From the NCBI RefSeq assembly GCF_009914755.1, contig NC_060945.1: a stretch of DNA of 64,000 bases; one strand, 5' to 3'. Source of the stretch: the human T2T-CHM13v2.0 reference genome, Homo sapiens. Below, in pieces: positions 22,531-36,510 of this stretch. The notes under the pieces are model-generated. The model was not told where the DNA came from and did not search any database. It was given only the letters and a program-made list of their open reading frames with translations. Position numbers and translations under genes: made by a program. Position 1 is the stretch's first letter. Each line of letters begins with the position of its first letter.

Positions 22531-25474
22531 CTTAAAACCTGGCAATTTATTTTTATTTTTTATAGAGACAAGGTCTCACAATGTTGCCCAGGTTGGTCTT
22601 GAACTCCTGGGCTCAAGCTTCCCAAAGACACTGATATTTATAATTTAAATTTAACATTACTGAATTATTATTTAACTTTATTTTATTTAATAATTGTATC
22701 TATTTTCCCCTTCAAAGGAAATTATGTTTCCTAAAAACATGTTTGTATAACATACATATATATACACATACATATGATTAATATATATACACACAGTACT
22801 TTCTTGTTCTATCCAAAAACATTCACATAGCAGTCTCAAAATGATAATAATAGCTTTGTTACAAACAATAAATCCAGTAAGGGCAAAGCTTATTTGTAAC
22901 ACTTTCTGTTCCCAGAGAGTATCCAACTAAGGCTGTGCAGCCCAAGTGCCACGTTTGACAGTTTCTTAAAATGATTCTTTTTGCCATGTTATCAGTTTGA
23001 TATATAGTTGGCCTCATTTCTTTGTGTGTACAATTTTGGACTGCTTTCTCTGATCTTTTTTATTTCATTTATGTTTTGCATAATGTAAAACACTTACATG
23101 GTTCAAAAGTCAAAACTATTTTTGAAAGTACAGAGAATTCTTTCTTCCAGCCCTATCCCTCTACACCATTCCTACCCACTTGTATGGTTAATCATTTTTA
23201 TTGGTTTTTGGCTTATCTTTCCAGTGTTTCTTTACAATAAGCAAATATGTATATGTACACACATATATAATCTTATTTTTCAAAAAATAACACCATATAT
23301 GCACTGTCTGTATTTGGCCTTTTCTACTAACAATATATCTTGGATATTATTCCATAGTGGTTAATGGCAGGCATTTTTTATTCTTCTTTCTTATGGCTGC
23401 ATAGCACTTCACTATGTGACTCTACCATAATTCACTCAAATTCATTTCAACCAGTTTCCCATTGGTGGACACCTGAAAAACTCCTATCTCTCGATATTTG
23501 GTTAGTTGCCTCAACTGCATGCCAACTTCTGCTTTGGAGTGGATAAGGAAGGTAAGACCTTTGGGGACAAGACTCAAGACTCAGCCACTTTTGTCCCAAA
23601 GCTACAGGACTTGTTCTGCCTGCCAATGCTGTCTCTTTCTTCAGCAAAAGTGGGATTAAGCGTGTGTATAATGCCAGGTATGAAGCTGCACTGCTATGCA
23701 AGTTGGACTTCTCAATCAGCATAAAAGAGCTGACCATTGGAACCATCCGAAATCTCATGAAGAGGGTTGAGGGACTCTACTTATGTACATTTTACAGCAG
23801 AGAGTAGGACCGGGTAAGTCAAGGTTATCCACTATAGTAAGTTACTGCTCAAAGGAAAACTGATAGAAAAAGGGTCTCCACCTTCTTAAACACAGAAGCA
23901 GTCTGCTTCAGGCAGAAGATGACAGGCAACTCTTCTAGTAGAACTTGAGGTATACATTCATGGCTCCATTGAGAATGGAGATGGGGTTTCAAGCATGGAA
24001 GTGGGGACAGTGACCCATCAGTCTGAGAAGACACTTTTATGCCCACATCTCAAGCATTGCTATTATTTTAGAAGTAGATGCTCAGTTGTCTGATAAAGAG
24101 TATGATATCATCCCTATTGGTTTTAGGACCTAGAAATAGATTTGCAGGACCCTAAGGGCAGGATAGAGGTGGATGAGAAGGTTTATAGTTTTTGGGTCCA
24201 AGAGGTGGTGGTTGGTTAGCGTATGGGAGAAGAACCAGCAGAACCTGAGGGTGTAAGGGTTGATAGACAAAACAAAGCTCTAAGTACATGGGCCCCAGGC
24301 CAGCGCCCAGAAACAAGCCCAGACACAAGAACCCAGCCCCATACTATGATCTCACCCCTAGCAGGCCCCCATTCACTCTGCAGCTGAATGTCCAGGACTT
24401 CTGCAGGTTAAAGAATGACATCTGCTAATCTCCAGTCAAGGTGCACCTCAGCTACACTCTGGACTGTAGTAACAATGTGCACCATTGTCTGTATGCCCTG
24501 GGGAATCACTAGACTCCAAGGTGGGCTTTGAACTTGGTGTTGTCACCAACCAGTGGGTGGGGACCTGGGAGTCCCATACCTTAGTGTAGGAATGTTGATG
24601 TCATGGGTATTGGGGACAGAGGAGATGGACTGCATTCATGCATGCTTTTGCTGTTGTGCCAGCTCTCTAAAATACCTTGCCTTTTTTGGTCTATGTATCA
24701 GAGACCTTTCCATCTGTCAACAATCAACATTAGCATCACCTTGCTAATAGAGCTTTTCTTGGGCCCCCTTTGGTAGAAGGGTAGTCTACTCCTTCCTTTT
24801 GGTTCCTAATCCAGTCCTGACTGGATTATAAGGACTTCAATTCATCTCTATAACTAGTATTTAGCACTGTGTCAGGCACCTAGCTGGTACTCAGTAACTG
24901 TTCAGAGAATGAGTGAATAAATGAATGAATGATTCCAACAGATGAAGGAACTGGCCTGAAAATGACTTGCCTATTTGCCAAATTCACCCAGCTTTTTAGT
25001 TTCTCACCTTCTGACACCAATCAGGAATAAAAGCCAAAACCTAGATTGGCTTTTCATCCCAAGACATGTCCTGTCCTTTATATGGGTGTGGACTTACGTT
25101 AGAGCCCTTGTCATTCCTAATAATTCCCTCTTGTGCCTACCTGGATGGAGCTCACCTTGGGCTATGATTAGGAGAGCCTATCTCCAGCACCTGCACTCAC
25201 TCACCTGACTCCACCTGATGACTTGACCTATTTGTTCCTCCATCAGTCAACATGAGTGCATTGGAGACTTACTGTCCGTTGTTCTCTGTGGACACATGTG
25301 AAGTGCAAAGACATGCTAAGGCAACTGGCCTGAGCCTGTAATTCAGCCAAGGCTGGTAATGACACATGATCAGAGGTCACAACACTCTTTTTAAGTCACA
25401 GCAGTTTCCCTTAAGCATGGCTTTAGAGTCTCTGAGCTCACCATGACTTCTATTAGAGATAGCATAAGCCTACA

Positions 25475-26297
25475 GTGCTTTCCCTACTCTTTGTTCTCAT
25501 TCACCACTCAGCACCACACTTTTGGCACCAGATAGATGGGGATTTTTCCCACACGTATCAGTAAAGCAATTCTGCAGCACACACCAATGAGGTGTCCTGC
25601 AATTCAATTCAATTCTGATGCTAACTACCCAAAGATGTCATCAAATCCCACAGGGTGAGGGCTTAGTCCTATAAGACTCTCCCCAACCTTGCACACCAAT
25701 TGCAAGCCCTAGGATGTGACCTGTGCCTTTGACCAACCAGCTACAAATTGAGGTTCCTACAACCCCCTCCTTGGGTTCAATTAATTTGTTAGAGCAGCTC
25801 ACAGAATTCAGGGAAACACTTTGCTTATGTTTATCCCTTATGATAAGGGACATTACAAAGGGTAAAATAAACAGCCAGCTGAAAGGGAGGCACAGGATGA
25901 GGTATGTGGGAAGGGCTGAGAAGCTCCCATGCCCTCCTAGGGACCACCCTCCAGGAAGCTCCACATGTTCAGCTGTCCAGAGCTCCCAAAACTCAGCCCT
26001 TTTGGGTTTTTATGGAAGCTTCATTATATAGGCATGACTGACTACATCATGGGCCATTGGTGATCAGCTTAACTTTCAGCCTCTCTCCCCACCCTGGAGT
26101 TTGGAAGTGGGGCTGTAAGTCCTAACCCTCTAATCATGCCTTGGTCTATGGACGACCAGTTCCCATCCTGAAGTTACCTAGAGGACTCATCCACCCATTA
26201 CTCATTAGCATACAAAAGACACTCATCACTCTGGAGACTTCAACTGTATATCAGGAAACATGGATGAAGACCAAATATGTATTTCACAATATTATAG
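25475..26297 (-). mobile_element. MER21-family LTR
   Basis: Minus-strand start ~TATAATATTGTGAAATACATATTTGGTCTTC; caattcaattcaattctga motif. Confidence 0.75.
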
Positions 26298-26859
26298 CTG
26301 CCATCAGCCATGGGTGAGTTTCTCATCATTCAAAGTTTCCTTCTTTTTTAGAAACCACCTGTTTTACTCTAAACAAAGTAGATTCTTATGAAAGGTAGGC
26401 TGTTTGGGGGTCCAGAATTTCAACATATGCCACCAAACCCTTTTCTTCCCTCTGAATTTTTGGAGGCGCACCTCACCTTGTGAATTTGTAGCACCCCAAA
26501 CCAGTAAGCACACACATTCAAATACATGTACATGCCCACAGCTACCCACTAGTAAGCACCATCCCCCATGTCCGGTCACACAGATGTGAGAAGATGGAGA
26601 AATGTTCACCTAAACAGCTGGTGTGTGAAGTCCTGCCTCTGTCAGCTGAGCTCACATGGGAAAGATCCCCAGTCCCTAGGCCCCACATCAATGGGCACAG
26701 GGCCTTCGGAGGAAAGGACAACCACTCCGTCGTGGAGGGAGAACACTTTGGACTCGGGTGTGTGTTTGAGGGATTCCAGAGGGTAGAGGTTGAGGAAGAG
26801 GAGTTGGGAGAGTGAGAAGGTAGGATGTTGCACAGGATGAGACCCTTCCTCTCAAACCA

Positions 26860-28001
<1,142 letters not shown>

Positions 28002-29204
28002 ACCTTGATCACCTTTTTTTTTTTGGAAAGCAATGAGGGAGCAACACTTTGTTACCTGGGAGGCGTGGACCAAAAGAGAGGCAGAGGCTGGAGGGAGAGT
28101 GTGAGGCAGGGATCAATGGGCATCATGCCAGGCTTAGGGCATCCCCAAAGCTGTGGGATTGGGGCTTGAAGCCCAGGTCTTAGAGACCTGAGCAGGCCCA
28201 GCTGACACAGGCTGCAAACAAATGTCCTCTCATCCTCACCGCAATCCCTACAAGCTGCTCACCTCCTGTTGCCATGTGGATGTGTCCTGAGTGGCCCACG
28301 CAGATTTCTACACTTGATCCCCTCGCTTGAAATAAAAGGAGATAAAGTGAGTACAAACACCCTTATGCATTACTGTAGCTCAAACGAGGCCAGACTAGAT
28401 CCTAAAGAAGACCTGGCGTGGGCCATCTTCTAGAGTCATCCCACCTCCCAGGACAAGCAAAGGTCCTGCCTCCAAGTCATTGCAACTTATATGACACAGC
28501 AAGGCAATATAGACTCTGGGGGAAAAAGTTTTTTAACTACAGTATTTTTAAAATAGAACATTATTTTGAAATTACTTCGACATCTACTGTCAGGTGACTT
28601 GTAAAAGCGCTTGTATGTTAAATGCTCTACATTAGGAGATTATTTTGTTCTTGAGTCCCTACAGAGAATTCCTTGGGAATGAAGTGCTATTGTGCATTCA
28701 GAATTATGTGGCTATAGCCATATTGCAGGCCGGGAACTCAGGAATGTCCCCTCTGTCCCAGCTCTTCAAGTTGGGCCCTACAGATCCCACGGGGACAAGC
28801 TTTTGGAAAATTGCTGGGTTTCTAGACCAATCACGTCTTTGAAATGTCTTCTTGTCACTCCGTGGTTTCTTGCTTCAGCTTAACCCCACTGGCCCCATAG
28901 ATCAGGCAGCTCACAATTTGAACACAGCCAGGGGGCATGGAGGATGAGAACCAATCTATCCTGACAATCCTGGCAGCACGTGGGGAAAGCCAGGCCCAAG
29001 TTTCCATATGTGAACACATTACATTGTCTCCACCAAGAAAAGAGCCCCTGTGAAATATTCATGTGCGTCACCCACTTTGCCTTAGGTTCCATTACCTAAG
29101 GGACAGACCTGGTGTTGCTCAACAGTGCCAGGCTTAGCACTGCCAGGGGAGATCTGCAGCTACAAAGAGTTAAAGAAGAAGGAATTGAATTGAGTTATAA
29201 GCAA

Positions 29205-30030
29205 TACATCTAATAAATATTTATTGAGTGACTATTTCATTCCAAGCATTCTGCTAGGTGCTGAGAAATCAGAAACAAATACATTGAACTCATTGGCAAA
29301 CTAGCTGGGGAGATGGGCAGGGAAGCCAACTGTTGCAGTCTGGTGAGAGTTGTGCTGGGGAATGCAGTGGCTTTGCAGGAGCCCGGAGCAGAGACATGTA
29401 GTTCTGCTTGGTGGGATTGAGCAGATGTCAGGCAAAGCTTCCCAAAGGACACGATGCTCAAGAAGGGTCCTGAAGAATGATTTGAAGCTGGAAAGTCAGA
29501 GGAAAGCATCGAAGGTGAAGGCACAGAGGTAGGGGATGCATGGCACACCCAGAGAACTGCAGACGCCCTGTCATGCCTGCAGTCTTCACGGGAGGTGAGA
29601 AAGAATTTCCAGGGTACATGGATGCATGTTAGGAGGCTGAGACTGGTCTTTGAAGATGATCAGACATAGGCTTGAAGACTTGATGCTTTCAAAAGCTCGC
29701 TCTGACAGTAGCGTAGAGAAGGAATGGGGGAAGCTTTGCTTATAATAAAGTGAGAAATGATGGGGGCTGAATTAAGAGAATGGCTCTGGGGGTGGAGTAT
29801 GAGAGTATTTCCTAAAGATAGAAGAGAGAATGGCCAGGACTTGAGAGTGGCTGAAGTCGGGTACAGGGAGACAGGAGACACCTTTTATGGCCATAGCTTG
29901 AGTCACTGTGTGGACAGGCGTGCTCATCATTGAGACCAGGAAGCTTGGAGGGGAAAACGCTCATATGCAATTCTGAAGTTCCTAAGAGACAACTGGATAA
30001 CACACAAGGATGAATGTGAAACAAACAAGG
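29205..30030 (-). mobile_element. L2 remnant
   Basis: aaatatttattgagtg...ctaggtgctgag L2 3'-end motif; degenerate body. Confidence 0.5.
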
Positions 30031-30548
30031 GGCTAGGTCCCGTAAGCTCATCAGAACTTCTTTCTGAAAGAAGTAAAGCACATCTCTAATGACAACAGAA
30101 ATAACCACAAACCTGCGAGTCAGCCTCAAATATCTTTCCTGGGGGATTAAATGATGGCTGAGGGACGGGGTACCCCAGAATGTCCCTTGCACAGGAAAGG
30201 ACCTAGAGAAGAGAGACTGTTTTTTGAGCAGGTCACATTCAGCTTACTGCAATGTCTTTGCTTTAAACGGTCCCCTGCATTATAAGAATGGAGTTTATAT
30301 GAGAGGTGAGAGGGTCCCAGTGACTTAGCAACCGTGGCATGCTTCTGCAAACATTTCAAAGACCTCTACTCTGGCTTTTAGAATGCTTTCTAGAGCAAGT
30401 AGCATGCATAACGACACCACTACCTGGAATTATACACTGTCTTTCTTCAGAGGCACACAAAGAGCTTAACACATTACCTTAGTTCTAGGTTAGCTGCTTT
30501 GTTTCATGCATGCTTGCTGGTGTTTCTGGAAGAACATTTATGAGGTGA

Positions 30549-31218
<670 letters not shown>

Positions 31219-31489
31219 TAATTTTCACTATTATTTTTTAATAGAAAGCATGCAAAAAGAGACGACACAGTCATTGGACAGTATTACAAAAAATAGTCAT
31301 AGAAGTGAATATAAATGATGCAAAATGCAATACAGCTAGAGTCCCTTCTTCACCCTTTTTATTGATATGTTCACCCAAGTGTTCGCACACATAGAAGCAG
31401 GTGGTTTTCTTTACTACAGTAGTATAGTTTGGAGTGTTTATGCTTCACTAATGGTACAAAATTAGCTGAGAAAAGATTTAAATTGGTGT

Positions 31490-32660
31490 TTTAATTATCC
31501 AGTGTGATAACAAACCACCTAAAAATGTAGTGGTATAAAACAACTACTGTGTATTTTCTCACACTACTTTGTGGAGGTTTAAAAACACCACAAATTCATC
31601 ACCTTGGTTTCTGTGGGTCAAAACAACCCAAATTCATCATCTCGGTTTCCATGGGTCAGAACTGCAGGTACGGGTTGGCTGGGGCCTCTGCTCAGGGTCT
31701 CATCAGGTTGAAATCAAGGTGACAGCCAGAGCTGTGGTCTCATCTGAACTAATGCAGAACTCACCAGAGCACATGTAGTGTTGGTAGAATCCATTTCCTT
31801 GTGGTTGGAGGACGGAGGTGTCCTCTTCCTTGCTGGCTGCTGGCCGGGGGCCATCCTCAGCTCCTAGAGGCTGCCCTCAAGTCCTGGCCACATGGCACCC
31901 CAGTCTCACCTTGTGGCAGCTCCAGGCCAGCAGGGGACACCACTGCTCCCTCCAGTGTCCTCTCAGGGTTCACCTGATTGAGTCAGGCCCATCAGGATAA
32001 TCTTCCTTCTTTTTTTTTTTTAACTTTTTTTTTGTTTTTGAGACAGAGTCTCGCTCTGTCACCCAGGCTGGAGTGTAGTGGCCCAGTCTCAGCTCACTGC
32101 AAGCTCCGCCTCCCAGGTTCATGACATTCTCCTGCCTCAGCCTCCCCAGTAGCTGGGACTACAGGTGCCTGCCACCATGCCTGGCTAATTTTTTGTAATT
32201 TTAGTAGAGACAGGGTTTCACCACATTAGCCAGGATGGTCTCGATCTCCTGACCTCGTGATCCGCCCGCCTCGGCCTCTCCCAAAGTGCTGGGATTACAG
32301 GCGTGAGCCACCACGCCTGGCCCCTTTTTCAACTTTTATTTTAGGTTCAGGAGTACATGTGCAGGTTCATTATTGGGGTAAACTTGTGTCATGGGGGTTT
32401 GTTGTACAGATTATTTCGTCACCCAGGTACTAAACCTAGTACCCAGTAGTTATTTTTTTCTGATCCTCTTTCTCCTCCCACCCTCCACTCTCAAGTAGCC
32501 ACTGTGTCTGTCAATCATCCTTCTTGATAAACTCAAAGTCAAACGAGTCCAGATCTTACCTACATCTGCAAAATCAATTTTTCCTATAAAGGAACGTAAT
32601 CACAGAAGCACTGTCCCACAGTAGTACGAGTGCTGAGCCGTTGTAGGCAGAGAGGGTTGT
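31490..32660. mobile_element. MLT1 (MaLR) LTR interrupted by AluY (32008-32322, -) and an L1PA 3' fragment (32323-32511, -)
   Basis: MLT1 motifs (aacaaaccac...gtggtataaaacaac; aggttgaaatcaaggtg); TSD aatc[t/a]tccttctt at ~31999 and ~32513. Confidence 0.7.
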
Positions 32661-33666
32661 CCTGCCCACACTCAAGGGGAGAGAGTGCAGGGCCAGTTCA
32701 CCCCTCACGCGGAAGTGGCAGTGCTGGGGGCTCACTTCGTGCTCTGCTCACCACAACTCCAAACTCACAACTTTATTCCCACCAATCCCATCCCCTCCAG
32801 TCCAGGGGGCACACACTCCAGCAGGACTTCAGCTGAGCCCAGGGAACGCTTTGCTGACTGGTGATGAGGGACCTACCTCTTCACACCCATGACACCCACC
32901 CGCTGAGCCCCTCACCGGGGCTCCGAAGGCCCTGGTCAGGTCACCTCTGGTCTCACTTTCCATTCTCCCCTCCTTCCTCCCCTCCAGCCACAGGGTCCTT
33001 CTCGATGTGCCCAGACATGGTGGGTGCACACTTGTCTGACAGCCTCTCTTCTTTTCCCTTTGCTTGGAATGCTCTCTTCCCAGTTACCAAAGATACTCAG
33101 GCTCTCTCCCCAATTTCCTTCAGGCCCTTGCTCCAAAAGCTCCTTCCGGGTGAAGCCTCCCCTCCCATCCTCCTTAAAGCTTCAGCCTCTACCTGGGACA
33201 CTTCCTCCCCCACTGCCTGCCTCCTTGAAACTCTCCTTAGTCCTCTTGCAGCCCACACAGCTGAACACAGGCAGGAGGGGGCGCTGCTGCCCTGGCTGGT
33301 GTGCAGCCACCAGAGGCTGAAGCTCACTGACGTCTGTCTGGGGCCCAGGATCACCTTCCTTGATTCCAGCTCTCTCAGGCTGTCAGGACCTGGCGCTGGG
33401 AGGCACTAGGCCATGCCCTGGCCTGAGGCCTTCTCTCTCCCTCTTTGCCCTGTGTCTCTGCAGGGAAGCCCGGCCCTGCCCCTGGGAGGGTGGGGGCAGA
33501 CGTGTGGAGAGTGGGTGTACAAGGCCAGGGTTTGCCAGGCCCAGGACAGCCTGGCACCTGTCAATGGATGAGCGCCTCTCCCTTAGCCTGATGTCAGGGT
33601 GGGCATGAGGGTGGGAGCAGAGGGTGCCTAACTGAGGAAAGGGTCTGTGCAACCCCCTTCTCCTAC

Positions 33667-33881
33667 CAGTTCTCGTTTCTGAAGTCTCCTCAAGCACACT
33701 GCGGTGTCCACACCATTGGCAGCAGGCTCCTTCTCTTCAGGTGGTCTTAGGAACTTCTCAGAACTTTTTGAGTTATCCTTCTGGTCTCTTCCTCCTGAGC
33801 ACGGTTCTCCTGGTTGAGCTCCAGGCCATGCCATTCAACGCCCTCCAGGACAGGCCGAAGGGCTTGTCTGTTTGGTGGTTG
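33667..33881 (-). other. KCNE1: KCNE1 non-coding exon 2 (215 nt); positions 1-33666 are the following intron, and the KCNE1 CDS lies outside the window
   Basis: Acceptor cttttttcaaaccttag|CAACCACC; donor ACTG|GTAGGA; sequence recalled as KCNE1 5'UTR. Confidence 0.8.
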
Positions 33882-34200
33882 CTAAGGTTTGAAAAAAGCC
33901 AGCTGGAAACTTAATCCCCAAAGCAACAGTGTTGGGAGGTGGGACCTAATGGGAGGTGTTTAGTCATGAGGGCTCCACCCTTATGAATGGATTCTCTCTC
34001 TCTTGTTCTCTCTCTCTCTCTTCCCGCCCCGCCCACCCCTCCTTCCCCAACCTTGTGATACCTTCCACCATGTCATGGCAAGAAGGCCCTTGCCAGATGT
34101 GGCCCCTCCATCCTGGGTTCCCAGTCTCCAGAACCATGAGCCAAATGCATTTCTGTCTGTTACAAATTATGTACGGTGTGGTTTTCTGTGATGAACACAG
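33880..34200 (+). mobile_element. MST/MLT1A-type MaLR LTR in KCNE1 intron 1
   Basis: tgctaaggtttgaa...aaacttaatcccc...ggtgtttagtcatgagggctccaccctt...cagtctccagaaccatgagccaaat. Confidence 0.8.
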
Positions 34201-34592
34201 TGCTGTACCAGGGCCCTCTTGCCAAGACAGCCAGCTTATAGGAGCCTGCATGTGAGGCCCGGACGTCCTACAGAGCAGCAGTTAGAGGTCTGGCCTTCTG
34301 GATAGGCACTGCCCTGCCCTGCACACAGGACCTTGGTGGGGCATGATGGGGCTCTTCACCACGCTGCCCTCATTTTAGGAGGTGGGCAACCCTTTCTCCC
34401 CCTTCTCCATGTGCTTCTGCAGTTGGAAGAAGTGAGGGGGGTTCAGACACACTTAAGCTGAGCTTAGAGCAAAGCATGTCCCTCAAGGTGACCTTGCCGC
34501 ATGGCCTGAACCTAGAATTCCCCTGACCAGGGTGGACAGCCATCACCATGGGCCTTTCTGCCTGGCCTAGTATGGCTCTCCTTCGAACTCAC

Positions 34593-34850
34593 CTAGACCC
34601 TTGCATCAAAGGACTCGGGGACTCTGCTGCAGTCATCCTAGCACGGTCGAGAGGAGTAGGAAGGTGCCCAGCGGCTCAGCCTTTAAGGAGGTCTATTGGT
34701 CACCATTGCTTCTGCCTTCTTGAGAACCATCACCCTCGGAGGATCCGGTAGTGTATCCCAGTCAAGTGTCAAATGCGTTGTTCCCTGGAGAGGAAGGCTT
34801 ATTTCCAGAAAGTACTCTGACGTTTTGTAATTTGTGATTTCTATCACTGG
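34593..34850 (-). other. KCNE1: KCNE1 distal non-coding exon 1 (TSS approximate)
   Basis: Recognised from memory as the KCNE1 mRNA 5'UTR (...GATGCAAGGGTCTAG); strong donor TAG|GTGAGT (GT at 34592-34591); agrees with known RCAN1-KCNE1 gene order. Confidence 0.8.
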
Positions 34851-35048
34851 CTCAGTGGCCTACCCACTGCTCAGCTCATGTGGCATGACCAGGCTGGGGC
34901 GTCGGGTCATCTTGTTCTCTGGGTGTGTGGCAACACTGGTTTATGGCGTAATTTCCTTCCTGAGAAGAAATTCAGTAATTTCTAATATTCAGGGCTTTAG
35001 GTAGAGGCCTGAAAATCACTCTCCATGCCTCTTTCAGTATTTTATATA

Positions 35049-35380
35049 TAGTTGTCTCTTGGTATCCATGGGGTTTGGTTCCAGAATCCCCTGCAGATAC
35101 CAAAATTTGCGAATGTTCAAGTCCTTTATATATAGTGGCATAGTATTTGCATATAACCTATGCATATCAGCCAATCATAGATGGTGATTTAAATCATCTC
35201 TTGATTACTTCTAACACCTAATACTATGTAAATGCTTTGTAAGTAGTTGTTACCTGGCATTTTTTATTTGTTTTATTTTTGTTGTTGTTTCATTAATTTT
35301 ATTTTATTTTTGGAATATTTTCAGTCCATTGTTGGTTGAATCCACAGATGCAGAAGCCTTAGACACAGAGGGCCGACCAC
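35049..35380 (+). mobile_element. MER2 (Tigger-family) DNA transposon
   Basis: agttgtctcttggtatccatgggg...gcatataacctatgc...acagagggccgac. Confidence 0.8.
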
Positions 35381-36167
35381 ACCTATGTATGCTGTTCTTA
35401 AAGTAGCAACATATTTGTTCTGAACATAGAAGAAATTAGTCGTCTATTAGACTTTAAGGGAGTAAATATGGTCCAAGTTGATTTTTAAATTTAGCAAATA
35501 GTCATAGACATATCAGTGTCTTACAGAAAATATTTATTGGAATGCTCACTCTCTCATTTGGGATACTGCTTTGCCTTGCTGTGTCTTAAGAATGTCATCA
35601 GAGCATCACACACTTGAAAAACGTTTTTAAAAGGATATGATGATAATTAAGACCTTCTCCCCAACCCCTGCCCATTATCCAAGATCAATGTTTTTTTCCT
35701 TTATCCTGATTTTAAAATCAAGTACACTTTATTGAGGCATACTTTACATGAAGCAAAATGTACCCTTTCTAAATATGATAAGTTTGATGAGTTTTCAACA
35801 GATGTATACAGCTGTTACCATGACTGTGTCTTTACCCAGGTTCTTGCATTGCTCAATCCAGATACAGAATGTCTCCATCACCCTGACAAGTTCCTTTGTG
35901 CCGCACCCTCTAGCCAATCATCTGTTTTGAGGAGAGTTTTAAAACAAAGGTTTTTGTTCTTTTTCACTGATGACCATAACCTACCACAGACAGGGTCTCT
36001 CTCTCTCTCTCTCTCTCTTTTTCCCTGTTCTTGCGCCAGCTGCCTGACAATTTGTGGGATTAAAGCTCTAAGCTGCTTACTGGCTCTTCTGACTAGGGAG
36101 AGGGAGCAAGCCTCATTATTTTTCTATTCTTTTCAGTGACTGCTCACTCCTCTTCCTCCAAAATCCC

Positions 36168-36250
36168 TATCCATCCATCCATCCATCCATCCATCCATCC
36201 ATCCATCCATCCATCCAACTTTCCATCTACCCATCTGTCCTTCCATCTAT
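36168..36250 (+). repeat. (TCCA)n microsatellite; a (CT)n tract lies at ~35996-36018
   Basis: About 11-12 perfect tcca units followed by degenerate copies. Confidence 0.95.
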
Positions 36251-36510
36251 CCAATCCACTTGCGTGTTGAACGTCTACTATGAGCCATTGGCTACCAGGA
36301 ATCCCACTTCCACCCAAATTATGTTTCAACAGGCAAGACAAACAATTTAACAATTACGATAAAAAAGAAAATATGCCATACAATGGAAAAGAAGGGGGCA
36401 TGATGGGAGACCCAGCGGGAGTAGCTGGCAACGATTCTTAGGGGGAAGAGACATTCCTAATAGACACCTGCAGGAGAAATATTAAAGAGTCAATCATTTC
36501 AGTAGCGCTT

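Noticed and set aside
31588-31660. ~38-bp tandem duplication (also small ones at ~10328-10352 and ~17740-17815)
   Set aside because: All lie inside decayed LTR or L1 elements; ordinary slippage events.
32861-33409. 182-aa plus-strand ORF near KCNE1 exon 2
   Set aside because: Low-complexity S/P/L composition from C-rich, probably L2-derived sequence; non-ATG start.
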